Of a stretch of 49,641 bases of DNA, positions 10,386 to 21,131 are shown one piece after another (the first letter of the stretch is position 1; every line of letters begins with the position of its first letter). Source of the DNA: Stramenopiles sp. TOSAG23-3 (Eukaryota); NCBI GenBank assembly GCA_900128585.1, contig LT642164.1:1-49641 (forward strand). Direction: 5' to 3'. Both the position numbers and the translations under genes were made by a program. Below the pieces are notes generated by a model. It was not told the origin of the DNA and ran no database searches. It saw nothing but the letters and a program-made list of their open reading frames with translations.

Positions 10386-13010
10386 ATGTCCGCGTTGGCA
10401 TCGGGCAGGCAACTTCGTCGGCAGGCTGCGACGTCGAACGGTGTGGCGAAGGGCGCGCCGCCGCCTCCTCCCCCACGGACAAGCACACCGGCGAAAGAAA
10501 AGAAAAAATCGGAGCACTTTCAGGCGTGGTCCAGCATCGATACGTTCGACGAAAACCATGTCATTAAACAGTCTAAACTTATGAGAGCTGTGGATTCCAT
10601 TACTGGTAGAAAAGGGTTAGCCCGGGGCCGTTCCAGTTCGTTGCTTCTGAGCCTTTTTCAACAAGAGAAGCTGACGGTCGATGGTATTTTTCCCGGCAGC
10701 ATGAAACTGAAGGCAGAGCACATTGAAAGTCTTATCAAGAAAATACTTTCGGGGGAAACCCTAAGCGAGAACTTGGTGGGAGCGACACTGAACAAATTGA
10801 GAGAATTATTAAAGCACGAGAAGAACGTAAATAAAATAAAGGTGCCCCGAGGCAGCAAAATCACGGTAGTTGGGGACACTCACGGTCAAATCAGTGACGT
10901 GATTCACATCTTGAAACGCCAAGGGCTGCCTTCTAAAACTAATATGTATTTGTGGAATGGGGACTTTGTGGACAGGGGTTACTTTGGCTGTGAAGTGTTT
11001 GTTCTGCTCGCGGCGCTGAAGATAATGCACCCAAAGTATGTATATTTGAATAGGGGAAACCATGAAAGCGAAAAGTATAACATTTGCTACGGCTTCTACG
11101 ATGAGGTTCTGGAAAAGTATCATGGCGAGAAGATTTTTCACATGTTCCAGGTCTGTTTCAATTTGCTGCCACTTGCCTGCGTTCTGAACAACGAAGTCTT
11201 CGTAGTACACGGTGGCCTAACTAGGGTTTCAAGGGTCACATTGAAGGACATCTGCGAGTTTGACAGATGTTGCGAAATCCCTGATAACCCACGCTTTGAG
11301 CAGGATATGATTATGCAGGACCTGCTATGGAGTGACCCCGGCCATGTACCGCATGGGACTATCTTGTCTCCGCGAGGGTGTGGTGTCGTGTTTGGAAAAG
11401 GCTCCACAAAAACGTTTTTGGACAACAATAATTTAAAATCTATCGTTCGAAGTCATGAAGTTGTGGATGATGGATACGATGTGACGCACGACGATTTGGT
11501 ATACACGGTGTTCAGCGCGAGCAACTACTGTGGCGGCTGTGGTAACAAGGGGGCTATTATGATATTTTCTGGGGATCATTGGTCATCGAAACCGAATGAG
11601 ATTTACTCCTATACTGCACCTGTGTTGCCTTTGGAAGTCGGGATGACCATGGCGGCTCAGGATGCCTTACACCACGAACAGGACGATGATGACAAGGTAG
11701 GAGAAGATTGCATGGAAGAGGTTTCTGAAAGCGAGGAGGAAGAAAAGAAACATAAACTCCATAATTTGAAGAAGAAGTTGGTTGACTACATCTTACGGCA
11801 CCATGAAGAATTGGAGCACGCCTTCGTTCTTGAAGATTCTGGCAAAACAGGGACGGTCTCCGTTAATCAATGGGGCAAAGTAATGGGGGGGGTGCTGGAT
11901 GTGGAAATGCCGTGGGCAAAAATTTGCCCAATGCTCGTGACCCGCGATACCCCAGAGTCGCCTGTGAAGTACAGGGATTTTTTAGAACGATACAGTGTTT
12001 CATTTCACGATTCCCACGATTTTATTGAGTCCACAATAAACATAATTTACGATCAGATACACTCCACAAACGATGATTTGAAAGAAGTGTTCAAGCGCTT
12101 TGACGAAAACCACGATGGAAAAATATCGTCGGAGGAGTTAGAACACGTACTTTCCCAACAATTGCCCGATCTGCACTTGGGGTCGTCCCAAATAGAAGAG
12201 ATCATACGTGCCCTAGATTTAGACGGCGACGGGTTTATTGAATTTAATGAATTTGTCGCACGTTTTTCAGTGCCGCAATCCTCTGAGAATGTAGTCACTA
12301 AAGATTGGGAAGATCGCATCAAAAACCAACTTCTGCGTATGCTGTATGACCACAAATCTGTGCTGATTCACTGTTTTCAAACGTACGACGAGGATCGCAC
12401 TGGCTTGGTTAACGTTGACAATTTTGTGAAAGCCCTTGTTACGCTGTTTCAAGTTGAAAATAAAGTAAAGCTTCCCGAGGACGCTATTCGTCAGCTCGCG
12501 AAAGGGATGAGTGAGTACCGAACAGATGGTCAAATCGACTACCACGATTTTCTCTCCAAGTTGCAGTCGGGAATTGATAGCAGTAAGTGTCAAATAGAAA
12601 AAAAGAAAGCCCAGACGAAACGCAATAGCTACAAAACAGGAGATGGTTTTGTCGAAAAAGTCTCGACTTTTGAATTAGTGGCAAACAAATTAACTCCCGA
12701 GGAGCTTCAAAGGCTGAAGGATTTGGTCCGACGACTTTCACACGTTCCAAAATTATTTATCCATAGGCGGTGCGGCTTCCGTGCCTACGGTAAATGCGTG
12801 TCGGGGAAAAAACTTGTCGACTATCTGCTCTGGGCGCACGAGGAAGGGGTAGATTGTAGGAAAGAGGCTGTGCGCCTAGCAGAACTTCTATTTTCGCTGG
12901 GGGCAATTTACCACGTAAACTCGAACAAAAGAACTTCACACAAAGCATTTGAAGACAAGAAAGACCTGTACACGTATTACCCTGCATTTGCATGGGACAC
13001 CCCTGTTTAA
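10386..13010 (+). CDS. PPEF: Ser/Thr protein phosphatase with EF-hands (PPEF/rdgC family) carrying a C-terminal DEP domain
   Basis: Has the PPP motifs GDTHGQ, GDFVDRG, RGNHE, HGG, DLLWSDP, RSHE and TVFSASNY, and the EF-hands DENHDGKISSEEL and DLDGDGFIEFNEF. The DEP-like C-terminus reads RRCGFRAYGKCVSGKKLVDYLL...RKEAVRLAELLFSLGAIYHV...FED...Y. Confidence 0.9.
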   Translation: MSALASGRQLRRQAATSNGVAKGAPPPPPPRTSTPAKEKKKSEHFQAWSSIDTFDENHVIKQSKLMRAVDSITGRKGLARGRSSSLLLSLFQQEKLTVDGIFPGSMKLKAEHIESLIKKILSGETLSENLVGATLNKLRELLKHEKNVNKIKVPRGSKITVVGDTHGQISDVIHILKRQGLPSKTNMYLWNGDFVDRGYFGCEVFVLLAALKIMHPKYVYLNRGNHESEKYNICYGFYDEVLEKYHGEKIFHMFQVCFNLLPLACVLNNEVFVVHGGLTRVSRVTLKDICEFDRCCEIPDNPRFEQDMIMQDLLWSDPGHVPHGTILSPRGCGVVFGKGSTKTFLDNNNLKSIVRSHEVVDDGYDVTHDDLVYTVFSASNYCGGCGNKGAIMIFSGDHWSSKPNEIYSYTAPVLPLEVGMTMAAQDALHHEQDDDDKVGEDCMEEVSESEEEEKKHKLHNLKKKLVDYILRHHEELEHAFVLEDSGKTGTVSVNQWGKVMGGVLDVEMPWAKICPMLVTRDTPESPVKYRDFLERYSVSFHDSHDFIESTINIIYDQIHSTNDDLKEVFKRFDENHDGKISSEELEHVLSQQLPDLHLGSSQIEEIIRALDLDGDGFIEFNEFVARFSVPQSSENVVTKDWEDRIKNQLLRMLYDHKSVLIHCFQTYDEDRTGLVNVDNFVKALVTLFQVENKVKLPEDAIRQLAKGMSEYRTDGQIDYHDFLSKLQSGIDSSKCQIEKKKAQTKRNSYKTGDGFVEKVSTFELVANKLTPEELQRLKDLVRRLSHVPKLFIHRRCGFRAYGKCVSGKKLVDYLLWAHEEGVDCRKEAVRLAELLFSLGAIYHVNSNKRTSHKAFEDKKDLYTYYPAFAWDTPV

Positions 13011-13226
13011 CAAAGGGAAAAAAGTTATTAAAAGGGTTATAAAAAAAAACAAATTAATATAGTAGGGTTATAAAATATTTCCAGTTAATCATCTAACATC
13101 ATAACACATGAGTTTATTTCTATATTTCTATTAAATTAATATATTTTTTTTTAAAACAATAATTGGTTTTATTTTGATTAAGTTTAGATTTTTTTTTAAT
13201 GAGAAACTCTAGTTTTATCAAAAATA

Positions 13227-14579
13227 TCAAACGGACAGATACTCGTCTACGCTGATGAACGTCGCCACAACGATGAAATCCCCAAACTCCCTTCCGTGCA
13301 GCGCTTCTTTTGCTGTGCGGCTCATCTCCACGGTTTTGTATTCCAAGAATGTTTTGCACAAGTGGGGGCCAGACCGTGGCATTTTGATTTTCAACAGTGT
13401 CCCGTGTTTTTCGCATTCCCCCTTGATATCTTCCACAATGTCCTCGTACTCTTCATCGTCGTGAAGTTCCTCTTTGGTAACCATGTTCAGCAGCATCAAA
13501 ACCCGACTTTCAGTACCGGTCTCTTGGGTCTTGCTCGATACTGAAGATGTTTTATCCGTCTCATGGCTTGGCACGGAATGGCCTGCGTTCATCGGCACGC
13601 CTGCTGCCGCCAGGGCTGCCGCAACGTTCAGGTTCCCTGCATTGTCTTGTGCGTGCATGGGCTCCTGGGGGACAGCACCATTGGGGCGATTCGGGGAGGA
13701 GTTCGCGCCGTCGGAAAGACGCAACGTGATGGTCTTCCCTTGAATTTCAAGGCCATCCAACCCCTCTACTGCTATTTTGGTCACATTGGGGTCCTTCCAC
13801 TCACAAAATGCGTACCCTTTGCTGGCATCCTTCACCCCCGGCTCCTTTATTAACTTTAAAGATTTAAGGGGGCCGAACGCTTGCAAGAGCTCAATGAGTT
13901 GCGGCTCCAAAACATTGTACGGCAGGCCACCGACGAAGACTTTGTTCGGAGACTGCTCAACTATTCCTGAAATACCTGCGGAACTGGTAGGACCCACAGG
14001 AATCGAAGGGTCAAGTCCCGGTATTCCTTCCACTGCCAGAACCACCCCTGGGACAGAGGTCCCCGGAAAATCACCCTGGCCCTCCGTATAGTCACTAGGT
14101 CGATTTATTCTCACGTGCTCCTCCCGGAAGACCACCCCACTCATCATTATACATATAGTAGCTAACTGGTCGGTCTTGAACTCGACGAAACAATACTCCT
14201 TTTCGGGGTTCATTTTAATGCCAACTATTGGTTCGTTCTTCATTGGTATGTCTATTTTCGCCAACGTTCGCTGAAAAGTTCGCCTGAGGAAGTTTTCTAT
14301 TTCTTCCTGCTCTAGTGGAGCCGCGAGGCCTTTGCCGCCGATGTATACTCGTCGCGACGAGGACTTTTTTCCCGTGCTCACTCTCGAGCACATACCTCTA
14401 TTTCCTGAAGATTGCCCACCGTACATAGAAGCAAACGATGGTTTATAGTTTGAAATTTTTTCGGCACGCTCCCCATTTGGGCCAATGTCAAATCTGGACG
14501 GCCTGCTTTTCCTGCGCTCGCGCCGAGCAACAGTGCCAGGAGAGTCAGGGCAGGATGACTCGCGCGCCCGTTTGCTCAT
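13227..14579 (-). CDS. U2AF2: Splicing factor U2AF large subunit (U2AF65)
   Basis: RRM1 (RRVYIG...YCFVEF...INRPSDY), RRM2 (SPNKVFVGGLPY...SKGYAFCEW) and UHM (VLMLLNMVTKEELHDDEEYEDIVEDIKGECEKHG). First ATG is at 14579. Confidence 0.92.
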   Translation of the reverse strand: MSKRARESSCPDSPGTVARRERRKSRPSRFDIGPNGERAEKISNYKPSFASMYGGQSSGNRGMCSRVSTGKKSSSRRVYIGGKGLAAPLEQEEIENFLRRTFQRTLAKIDIPMKNEPIVGIKMNPEKEYCFVEFKTDQLATICIMMSGVVFREEHVRINRPSDYTEGQGDFPGTSVPGVVLAVEGIPGLDPSIPVGPTSSAGISGIVEQSPNKVFVGGLPYNVLEPQLIELLQAFGPLKSLKLIKEPGVKDASKGYAFCEWKDPNVTKIAVEGLDGLEIQGKTITLRLSDGANSSPNRPNGAVPQEPMHAQDNAGNLNVAAALAAAGVPMNAGHSVPSHETDKTSSVSSKTQETGTESRVLMLLNMVTKEELHDDEEYEDIVEDIKGECEKHGTLLKIKMPRSGPHLCKTFLEYKTVEMSRTAKEALHGREFGDFIVVATFISVDEYLSV

Positions 14580-15275
14580 TTTCAAACTTCTGTAGGGGGG
14601 CGTATCCTCTTCCTTCTAAATGCGCAGATAGGAGTGTAAACCTTCGGTTTTTTTGTGTGTGTGTGTTCATAAACCCGTATCATATATATATACGCGATTT
14701 AATGATTGCCCTCACATTCAAACATATCGAATGGTTGGTTGAGAAGTTTTTGTTTGTTTTTTTGTGGGTCGTCACGTCGGTTGGTGGTGGTGGTGGTGAT
14801 TATTATATTATTTGGATGATGGTGTAATGATGTTAAATAATAATAATAATATAAAAAACAATTTAAAAAGGACGACTACTTCTTCGAGATTTTTATTTTA
14901 TTCTTCATTTTTATTTTATTTTATTATTATTGAACATCATCATCATAGCGAGGAAAAAGAGAAAATGGGGGAAAAAAGATAGAAAAGAAGAAGACAAAGA
15001 AGAAGATAAATTCACTCGTTGTCTACTTATTGTTTTGGAATGTCGTATACTATCATAGGAGAATATTTTTATTCTGGTGGTTGAACAAACTTTTTTTTCT
15101 TCATTCCACAAACAAAAAGACATGTTGTTTTTTCGTTTTATTTGACAGGCATTTTTATGAAGACTTCTTTCTTGAAAACGAAATTTTAAAAAAGGGAAAA
15201 TAACACAAGCAAGTAAAAAATTAAGATTTTTCGAAATATCATATATATTCGTAAAAATGTACATCATGCTCTAAC

Positions 15276-16310
15276 TTACCATGGCTTTTGATGCAATGAC
15301 AGGTCCAGTGGGTCTCTGGCAGGCGGTTCGATGAAAATTGGTTCTAATGTGTCGTCTTCCCCTGGGAAATAGGTGGGGAATGCCGGCGCTTCGCTGTGCT
15401 TCCACTTTCCCCATTGTTTTTTGGTGTCGGTGATCCTCACGTAGTTGCCTTTGTGTCCTGGGACGGCACCACGGACGTAAATTAAGTTCTTTTCCGGGTC
15501 AATTTTATGAATCTGCAAGCCCGGCTGGGTGATCCGCTTCCCACCCATTCTCCCCGGCATTTTCTTGTTCTTAAACACGCGACCAGGGTCCTGGCTCTGG
15601 CCAGTCGAACCACCCTGGCGGTGCGTTTTCGACACACCATGCGTTGCCGGTTGCCCTTTAAAACCGTGGCGCTTCATTACGCCCTGAAACCCTTTGCCTA
15701 TACTAGTCCCACACACGTCTACAAACTGCCCAACGCCAAAATGTCGGGCAGTGATCGGCGTTCCTATGGGCAGCAGGGCGTCCTCCGTCACCCTAAACTC
15801 CGACACCTTTCGGCGCGGCGACACGCCCGCTTTCTCAAAATGGCCCTTCATCGGCACCGTTGTATGTTTATCCTTCTTGTAGCCGATACCGACTTGAATC
15901 CCAAAATATCCTTCCTTGCTGGCCGTCTTCACTTGGGTGACTTTGCAGTTGTCCATCCACAGGACCGTGCAAGGGTGCCTAACGCCCCACTTGTCCCACA
16001 CAGGGACCATTCCTACCTTCAAAGCTAGCGCGCCCGTTCTGCGGGACTCCGGCGTCCACTCCCGGGACTCCTCCTCTTCCTGCGGGACTGCCGAGAAATG
16101 CTTGGCTTGCGTGTTTTGTAAAACATTCAGGGGAGCAGCCCGGAAGTCCAGTACGCCACTGTTCATGGATATCACCCCCCTTGTCGTGGAGCTCGTGGTC
16201 AAGCAGTTCGCATGCCCACGCCCTTGCCTTCCCCTAACGTTCCTAAAGTTCCTAGCTATTAAACTACGGGCGGACCGGCCAATATGGCCTGCACGTTGTA
16301 GTCGTAGCAT
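15276..16310 (-). CDS. MRPL3: Mitochondrial ribosomal protein uL3m with N-terminal targeting peptide
   Basis: Contains RRTGALALKVGM, VDVCGTSIGKGFQGVMKRHGFKGQPATHGVSKTHR, QDPGRVFKNKKMPGRMG and GAVPG. The Arg/Ser-rich presequence starts at the ATG at 16310. Confidence 0.95.
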   Translation of the reverse strand: MLRLQRAGHIGRSARSLIARNFRNVRGRQGRGHANCLTTSSTTRGVISMNSGVLDFRAAPLNVLQNTQAKHFSAVPQEEEESREWTPESRRTGALALKVGMVPVWDKWGVRHPCTVLWMDNCKVTQVKTASKEGYFGIQVGIGYKKDKHTTVPMKGHFEKAGVSPRRKVSEFRVTEDALLPIGTPITARHFGVGQFVDVCGTSIGKGFQGVMKRHGFKGQPATHGVSKTHRQGGSTGQSQDPGRVFKNKKMPGRMGGKRITQPGLQIHKIDPEKNLIYVRGAVPGHKGNYVRITDTKKQWGKWKHSEAPAFPTYFPGEDDTLEPIFIEPPARDPLDLSLHQKPW

Positions 16311-17269
16311 GTTCACCTGTTCGTAGTGCCAACAAACCAAAAGTTGGAGGTCGAATTGATTGTTTCTTAAGCAAACAAGACTAATATGTTTTTCTTCGGC
16401 TAATAACTACTGAATTCCGTCGTCTTGCTCTTTCAGGGAAATGGGTGCGTCATGTATTTCTACACAATTATTTATAGAACTAGTATTCATTTTGTAGTTT
16501 GTTTCAAAAAAAGAAGAAGAATAGTCGTCTAATAATAATAAATAATATATAATAAAATAATAATTAAAAAATGGAAGAAGAAGAAAGAAAGAAAGACGAC
16601 AACACTTGAGCGAGCAGCGAGTAGGCTCTTTGAAGAGTACCAGAAGAAGAATATCTCTGATATTATACTTTTATAATATTTTGTCTATCTAATTATATAA
16701 AATATATCAATAGTAAACTTATATAATTTATTCATCTTACATATTAATAATACAAGTATTGTAAAGTATTTATTGTTCTTTGTAGTACATAATAATTGTA
16801 TTCTAATACATTAATATTTGATATAAATATTCTACACCCTTTCACTTCCTCTGATATGGCTTCGATATTCGCATTTCCCCACCACTCATCTCTAAAATTA
16901 TCCAACAACATTACAACATTAGCTACGACCTCGTAGTATACGGTACAGAAGCCAATGTATTAGAAGTTCGAAGTGACAAAGAACACACAAAGGAGGTTTG
17001 GTGGTTAGTTTTTAAGAAGTTTATTTTAAATTAAAATATAGAAAAGGGAAAGAGATAAAGTATTAGTCTATTATATATATATATATTAAATTAATAGTGT
17101 CTACCTCCTTCTTCTCCTATTCAATATTTTTTTATCTTTTTTTTAAATTTTGTTCATTTTTTAATACTCGTTTGTTTGTTATTTTTTAAAAGAATAGCTA
17201 CACTTCGTAATCAACTGTTTTTCAAGTACTTAATTTAATTGAAGAATACATTTTACTCCTCCTCCTCCA

Positions 17270-17331
17270 TTCTTCTTTCTTTGTTTCTTTGTTTCTTTGT
17301 TTCTTTCTTTCTTTGTTTCTTTGTTTCTTTG

Positions 17332-17427
<96 letters not shown>

Positions 17428-17515
17428 TTCCTTTCTTTCTTTCTTTCTTTCTTCCTTTCTTTCTTTCTTTCTTTCTTTCTTCCTTTCTTTCTTTCTTTCT
17501 TTCTTTGTTTCTTTC
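17270..17515. repeat. (TTTC/TTTG)n pyrimidine microsatellite
   Basis: Directly visible. Confidence 0.95.
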
Positions 17516-18113
17516 CAGAGTCAGTCCAGAGAATGAAGATATAGCTATTGTCCAAAAAACGAATTGGAAAATAACTATACGTAGCAATAGAAATATAACA
17601 TAATAAGAGAACAGTACAGCATTCTGGTGTGATCAGTTTTTTAATCATTATAACTTTTTAACTACGAGTAGTCATAGTCTTTAGTAATAATAAACATCAA
17701 TTAACATCATCGTCGTTGTGATCATATAATAACATCATCATCATCGTACGGTATCTCGAACGAAGAAGTGATCTTCTTTTCCTTTCTCTCTTCTCCTTCT
17801 TCTTTTCTTTATTTTTTTTTTATTAAATTATTATTTATTTTTTTTAAATGTATTTATAATAAACAAACACGACTACCTACCAGCCAACGCCCGTTTCTAT
17901 TTTATCATATTAAAAGACCATGGACCATTCACTGTTCGAGAACTGTATCTGTCGAGGTATAGCTTGGATTTTATGCACCCATTTGTAGTGAGACGAAGTT
18001 GAAAGATAAATTTTATCCTTTGACGGAAGACTAACTTTGCATTAAAAGTTTAGGAAACACCTGTTTGTTCATTGTTGTCGCGTTGCTTCTTTGGCGCTCT
18101 GCTTTCAGTAAAG

Positions 18114-18676
18114 ATGGTAAGTTCTCCCCGGTAGCCTCTATGCTTCTCCTCTGTGCTTCTTTCGAAACTAACACCCCTTTTGCTGTTTTTCGTTTACAGA
18201 TGCGATTTATGATATTGGTGAGTCGGCAAGGGAAAGTGCGGCTTACCAAATGGTACCGTGAACTTCCCAAAAAAGAGCAAGTGCGCACCGTCCGGGAAGT
18301 GACAACGTTAGTATTAGCACGGCCGTCAAAACAGTGTAACTTTATTGACTACAAAGGCATGAAAATAGTGTACAAACGTTACGCAAGTTTATACTTCATC
18401 GCCTGCATAGATGAGACGGACAACGAGCTGTTGATGCTGGAAAAGATCCATCTATATGTGGAAGTCCTTGATCGATACTTTGGAAACGTTTGCGAGTTAG
18501 ACATTATATTTAACTTTCACAAAGCCTATTATATCCTCGATGAAATTTTTGTGGGAGGGCAACTTGTCGAATCTAGTAAGCGTGAAGTGCTTCGTGTCAC
18601 CCAGGCACAGGACGAAATACAGGCAGAGGAAACGCGAAATAATGGGAACCGGCGCCAGAGCTTTTCCGGTTTTTAA
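18114..18676 (+). CDS. AP1S: AP-1 adaptor complex sigma subunit; join(18114..18116,18200..18676)
   Basis: Reads M|MRFMILVSRQGKVRLTKWY...YKRYASLYF...YFGNVCELDIIFNFHKAYYILDE. The first ATG is separated from the rest by an intron. Confidence 0.93.
18117..18199 (+). other. 83-nt spliceosomal intron directly after the start codon of AP-1 sigma
   Basis: ATG|GTAAGT donor, ACTAAC branch site at 18167-18172, pyrimidine tract and TTTACAG| acceptor. Confidence 0.88.
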
Positions 18677-19410
18677 GCGCAATTATGTCCACCGAGTTAC
18701 TTTCGTAATCTACAGAGCGATCTCGTTTTTCATCGGAGCTTTATTTTTTAAATCAGACTGGTGGCGAAGTAAACGTGGGGGGGGGGGGGGGGGCATTTTA
18801 AACTAATTTTCATATACGAGTATTATTTACGCACACATATAAAAGCAATGCGCTGCTGATGTATCTATCTCAATGTATACTTTTTTTTTGCTTGTGTAGG
18901 CAAATTTTATGTGGATAGTTTTACTGGATATGCCATGATTTTCGGTTTCCCCCAATACGGTGGTGGTTCAGTTTTCGTTTTGGAAAAAGTTTATTACACC
19001 GCCGCCGCTCTCAGTTTATTTATATTTAACTTGAAGCTCAGTCTTATAATTAGGGTTGTTCGTTCTCTGCTCAATTATTCACATCACTTATATATATTTA
19101 GTATTGTTGTACGCGCACTATAATATAAAATTGTAGTCGTTATATTGGTAGTAGGTAATGCAACAATTTATTAAATCTATCCCCTACAAAAATGACATGC
19201 ATTGTTTCAATGAAAGTGCAATGTTAATATTCTTATTTGTAGATCCAGTAGGTATCCATTCAGCAATATGTGACCATCATCAACCAATCTGCTGCATATT
19301 TTAAAGTGGGAATCTGCAGGGGGGCGTTCGTTTCTCTTCCCTTGCTATTGTGTCCAGCGCTCCGTTCGCGCTCTGAGATAGACGGCTTTTATTTGGGGTG
19401 AGGTCTAGAG

Positions 19411-20997
19411 ATGAAAAAGAAGAGGAGAAATAGTAATGGAAAGGAGCGTCGACCGCACTGTCGAAAGTTTGACAAGTTTTATTTTTTCATCTTCTTGGGA
19501 ATTTTGCTGTGGGTAAAAATTCATTATAGAGACATAGTGCGGTATAGCTATCTTTTGACCGAGGCGACGCCAAAAGTTTTGCGAAGCGTTCACTTACAAG
19601 ATGCAGCTCACCCTGATCCAGGGTTGTACGTTGCATCCGCCCTTGTTCCTAAAGTGGATTCGACAGAATGGGGGGATGTAAAGGCCCCAGAGTACAATAG
19701 ATTGCCTCCACGTTTAGCATATGGCATTGCCGGTCGAGCAGGTTCATTTAAGGACCCCATACTCTACTCGTCCAGCTACAGGTACACTGTTGACATAGAC
19801 AACCATACCATTTCTGTACCGGGGGGCGGAACCATCAGACGACGGGATATGCCAAAGATCCCCGCTGCTGGTATCAGGACAAAGATGCTGCCACAGGCAC
19901 GGGTTAACCAATTCAGACAATACCATGACGTTGTTGAAATTTTAAAGCATTTTGCAGAATACGAGTGCTTCGGAAACCCAATGTTTTTGATAATAGAAGA
20001 TGATTTCCAGATTTGTCCGGACGCGCTTGTCAATGAGTTTCCAAAAATAAATAAATGGGCACACGAAAACTGGAGATTCTGGAGTTTAATTCGAGTAGGC
20101 TTTGGGTTGTCAGGGATTTTGGTCAAGTGCCAAGACATGGAACAATTGGTTCGATATTTAGAAACGCGCCTTATGGAATGGCACTTGAAAAAGATCGCAA
20201 ATGGTCAGTTTGCCATCGACTGGCACGTGTCTACGTTTTATCATACGCAGATTGAAAAGAAACGAAGGGTCTACGTCTATCACTCAAACCTTCTCCAGCA
20301 CACAACATCCCGAAGCATTGTTTGGGTCGGCACAAATGAGTACAATATGAAATGGCGAAGTAAACATCAGAGAAAACTTTTTCGGACGTGTGGTGATGGG
20401 GCCCTTTCTGGAAAACATTCGGGCCTTTACATCGATGATGTGTTCGACGACAAGATTTGCCTTGAACACGCGTTTTCGCCCTGTCAAACGGTCCGATACC
20501 ACAAAATAGGGAGGTCTGGGGGAAAGTCTATTGTTTTAGTGCCAGGAATTTTTGGCAAGTCGTGCTCCAGCTCTTGCCCAGTAGTTCTGAAAGACGAACT
20601 TTCAACTTGCGATGGAACATCGTTTAAAGCGATAAACAAATGTTCGTTGGTCGATAAAGCATTTTTTGCAGACGACAGCGTCCATGACTGCACGTACGAA
20701 CATGGGACCGCTTACCCACTAGTCAACGGGGCAGGGGAAATAATATTGAGCAAAGAAAACGTCAACACAAAGGCCGTCGATAGTTTATGTCATTCCTCCC
20801 CGAAAAATCGAGATTCGAAACGATTCTGCCCGTGCACGTTTGGGCAAACTAAGAGCATTTTCAAGTATCGTGCAACGAAACGATTAGACCGTATTTCGTT
20901 GCTAGCGATGTGCATGGTAGTAATTGTTTACGTTGGGTATGTTGTTCTGGGGACCTCAAAAAAGAAGAGAAGGGAGAAAAACGTTCAGCACACCTAA
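19411..20997 (+). CDS. Putative Golgi glycosyltransferase (GT-A, MGAT4/GT54-like) with a Cys-rich MGAT5-C-terminus-like module and TM helices at both ends
   Basis: N-terminal signal anchor (FYFFIFLGILLWV), FLIIEDDF, IRVGFGLSGILV, IDW and NLLQH, then GKSCSSSC...INKC...C...RFCPC and a C-terminal TM followed by a basic tail. Family assignment is by recalled motif similarity. Confidence 0.6.
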   Translation: MKKKRRNSNGKERRPHCRKFDKFYFFIFLGILLWVKIHYRDIVRYSYLLTEATPKVLRSVHLQDAAHPDPGLYVASALVPKVDSTEWGDVKAPEYNRLPPRLAYGIAGRAGSFKDPILYSSSYRYTVDIDNHTISVPGGGTIRRRDMPKIPAAGIRTKMLPQARVNQFRQYHDVVEILKHFAEYECFGNPMFLIIEDDFQICPDALVNEFPKINKWAHENWRFWSLIRVGFGLSGILVKCQDMEQLVRYLETRLMEWHLKKIANGQFAIDWHVSTFYHTQIEKKRRVYVYHSNLLQHTTSRSIVWVGTNEYNMKWRSKHQRKLFRTCGDGALSGKHSGLYIDDVFDDKICLEHAFSPCQTVRYHKIGRSGGKSIVLVPGIFGKSCSSSCPVVLKDELSTCDGTSFKAINKCSLVDKAFFADDSVHDCTYEHGTAYPLVNGAGEIILSKENVNTKAVDSLCHSSPKNRDSKRFCPCTFGQTKSIFKYRATKRLDRISLLAMCMVVIVYVGYVVLGTSKKKRREKNVQHT

Positions 20998-21131
20998 ATT
21001 TATGCGAAAAGACCTGCGAACGTAAGATCTTACAAAATAATTTTAAATAAAAAACAAATTATATGGCATAGTGTATGCAAAATTTTATATTACGAAGTAT
21101 CTCTTATGGAATGTTTTATTTTAGTGTTCTT

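Noticed and set aside
18880-19123. Possible acceptor site and exon (KFYVDSFTGYAMIFGFPQYGG...)
   Set aside because: No clear donor or start, no recognisable family, and the frame decays into AT-rich sequence.
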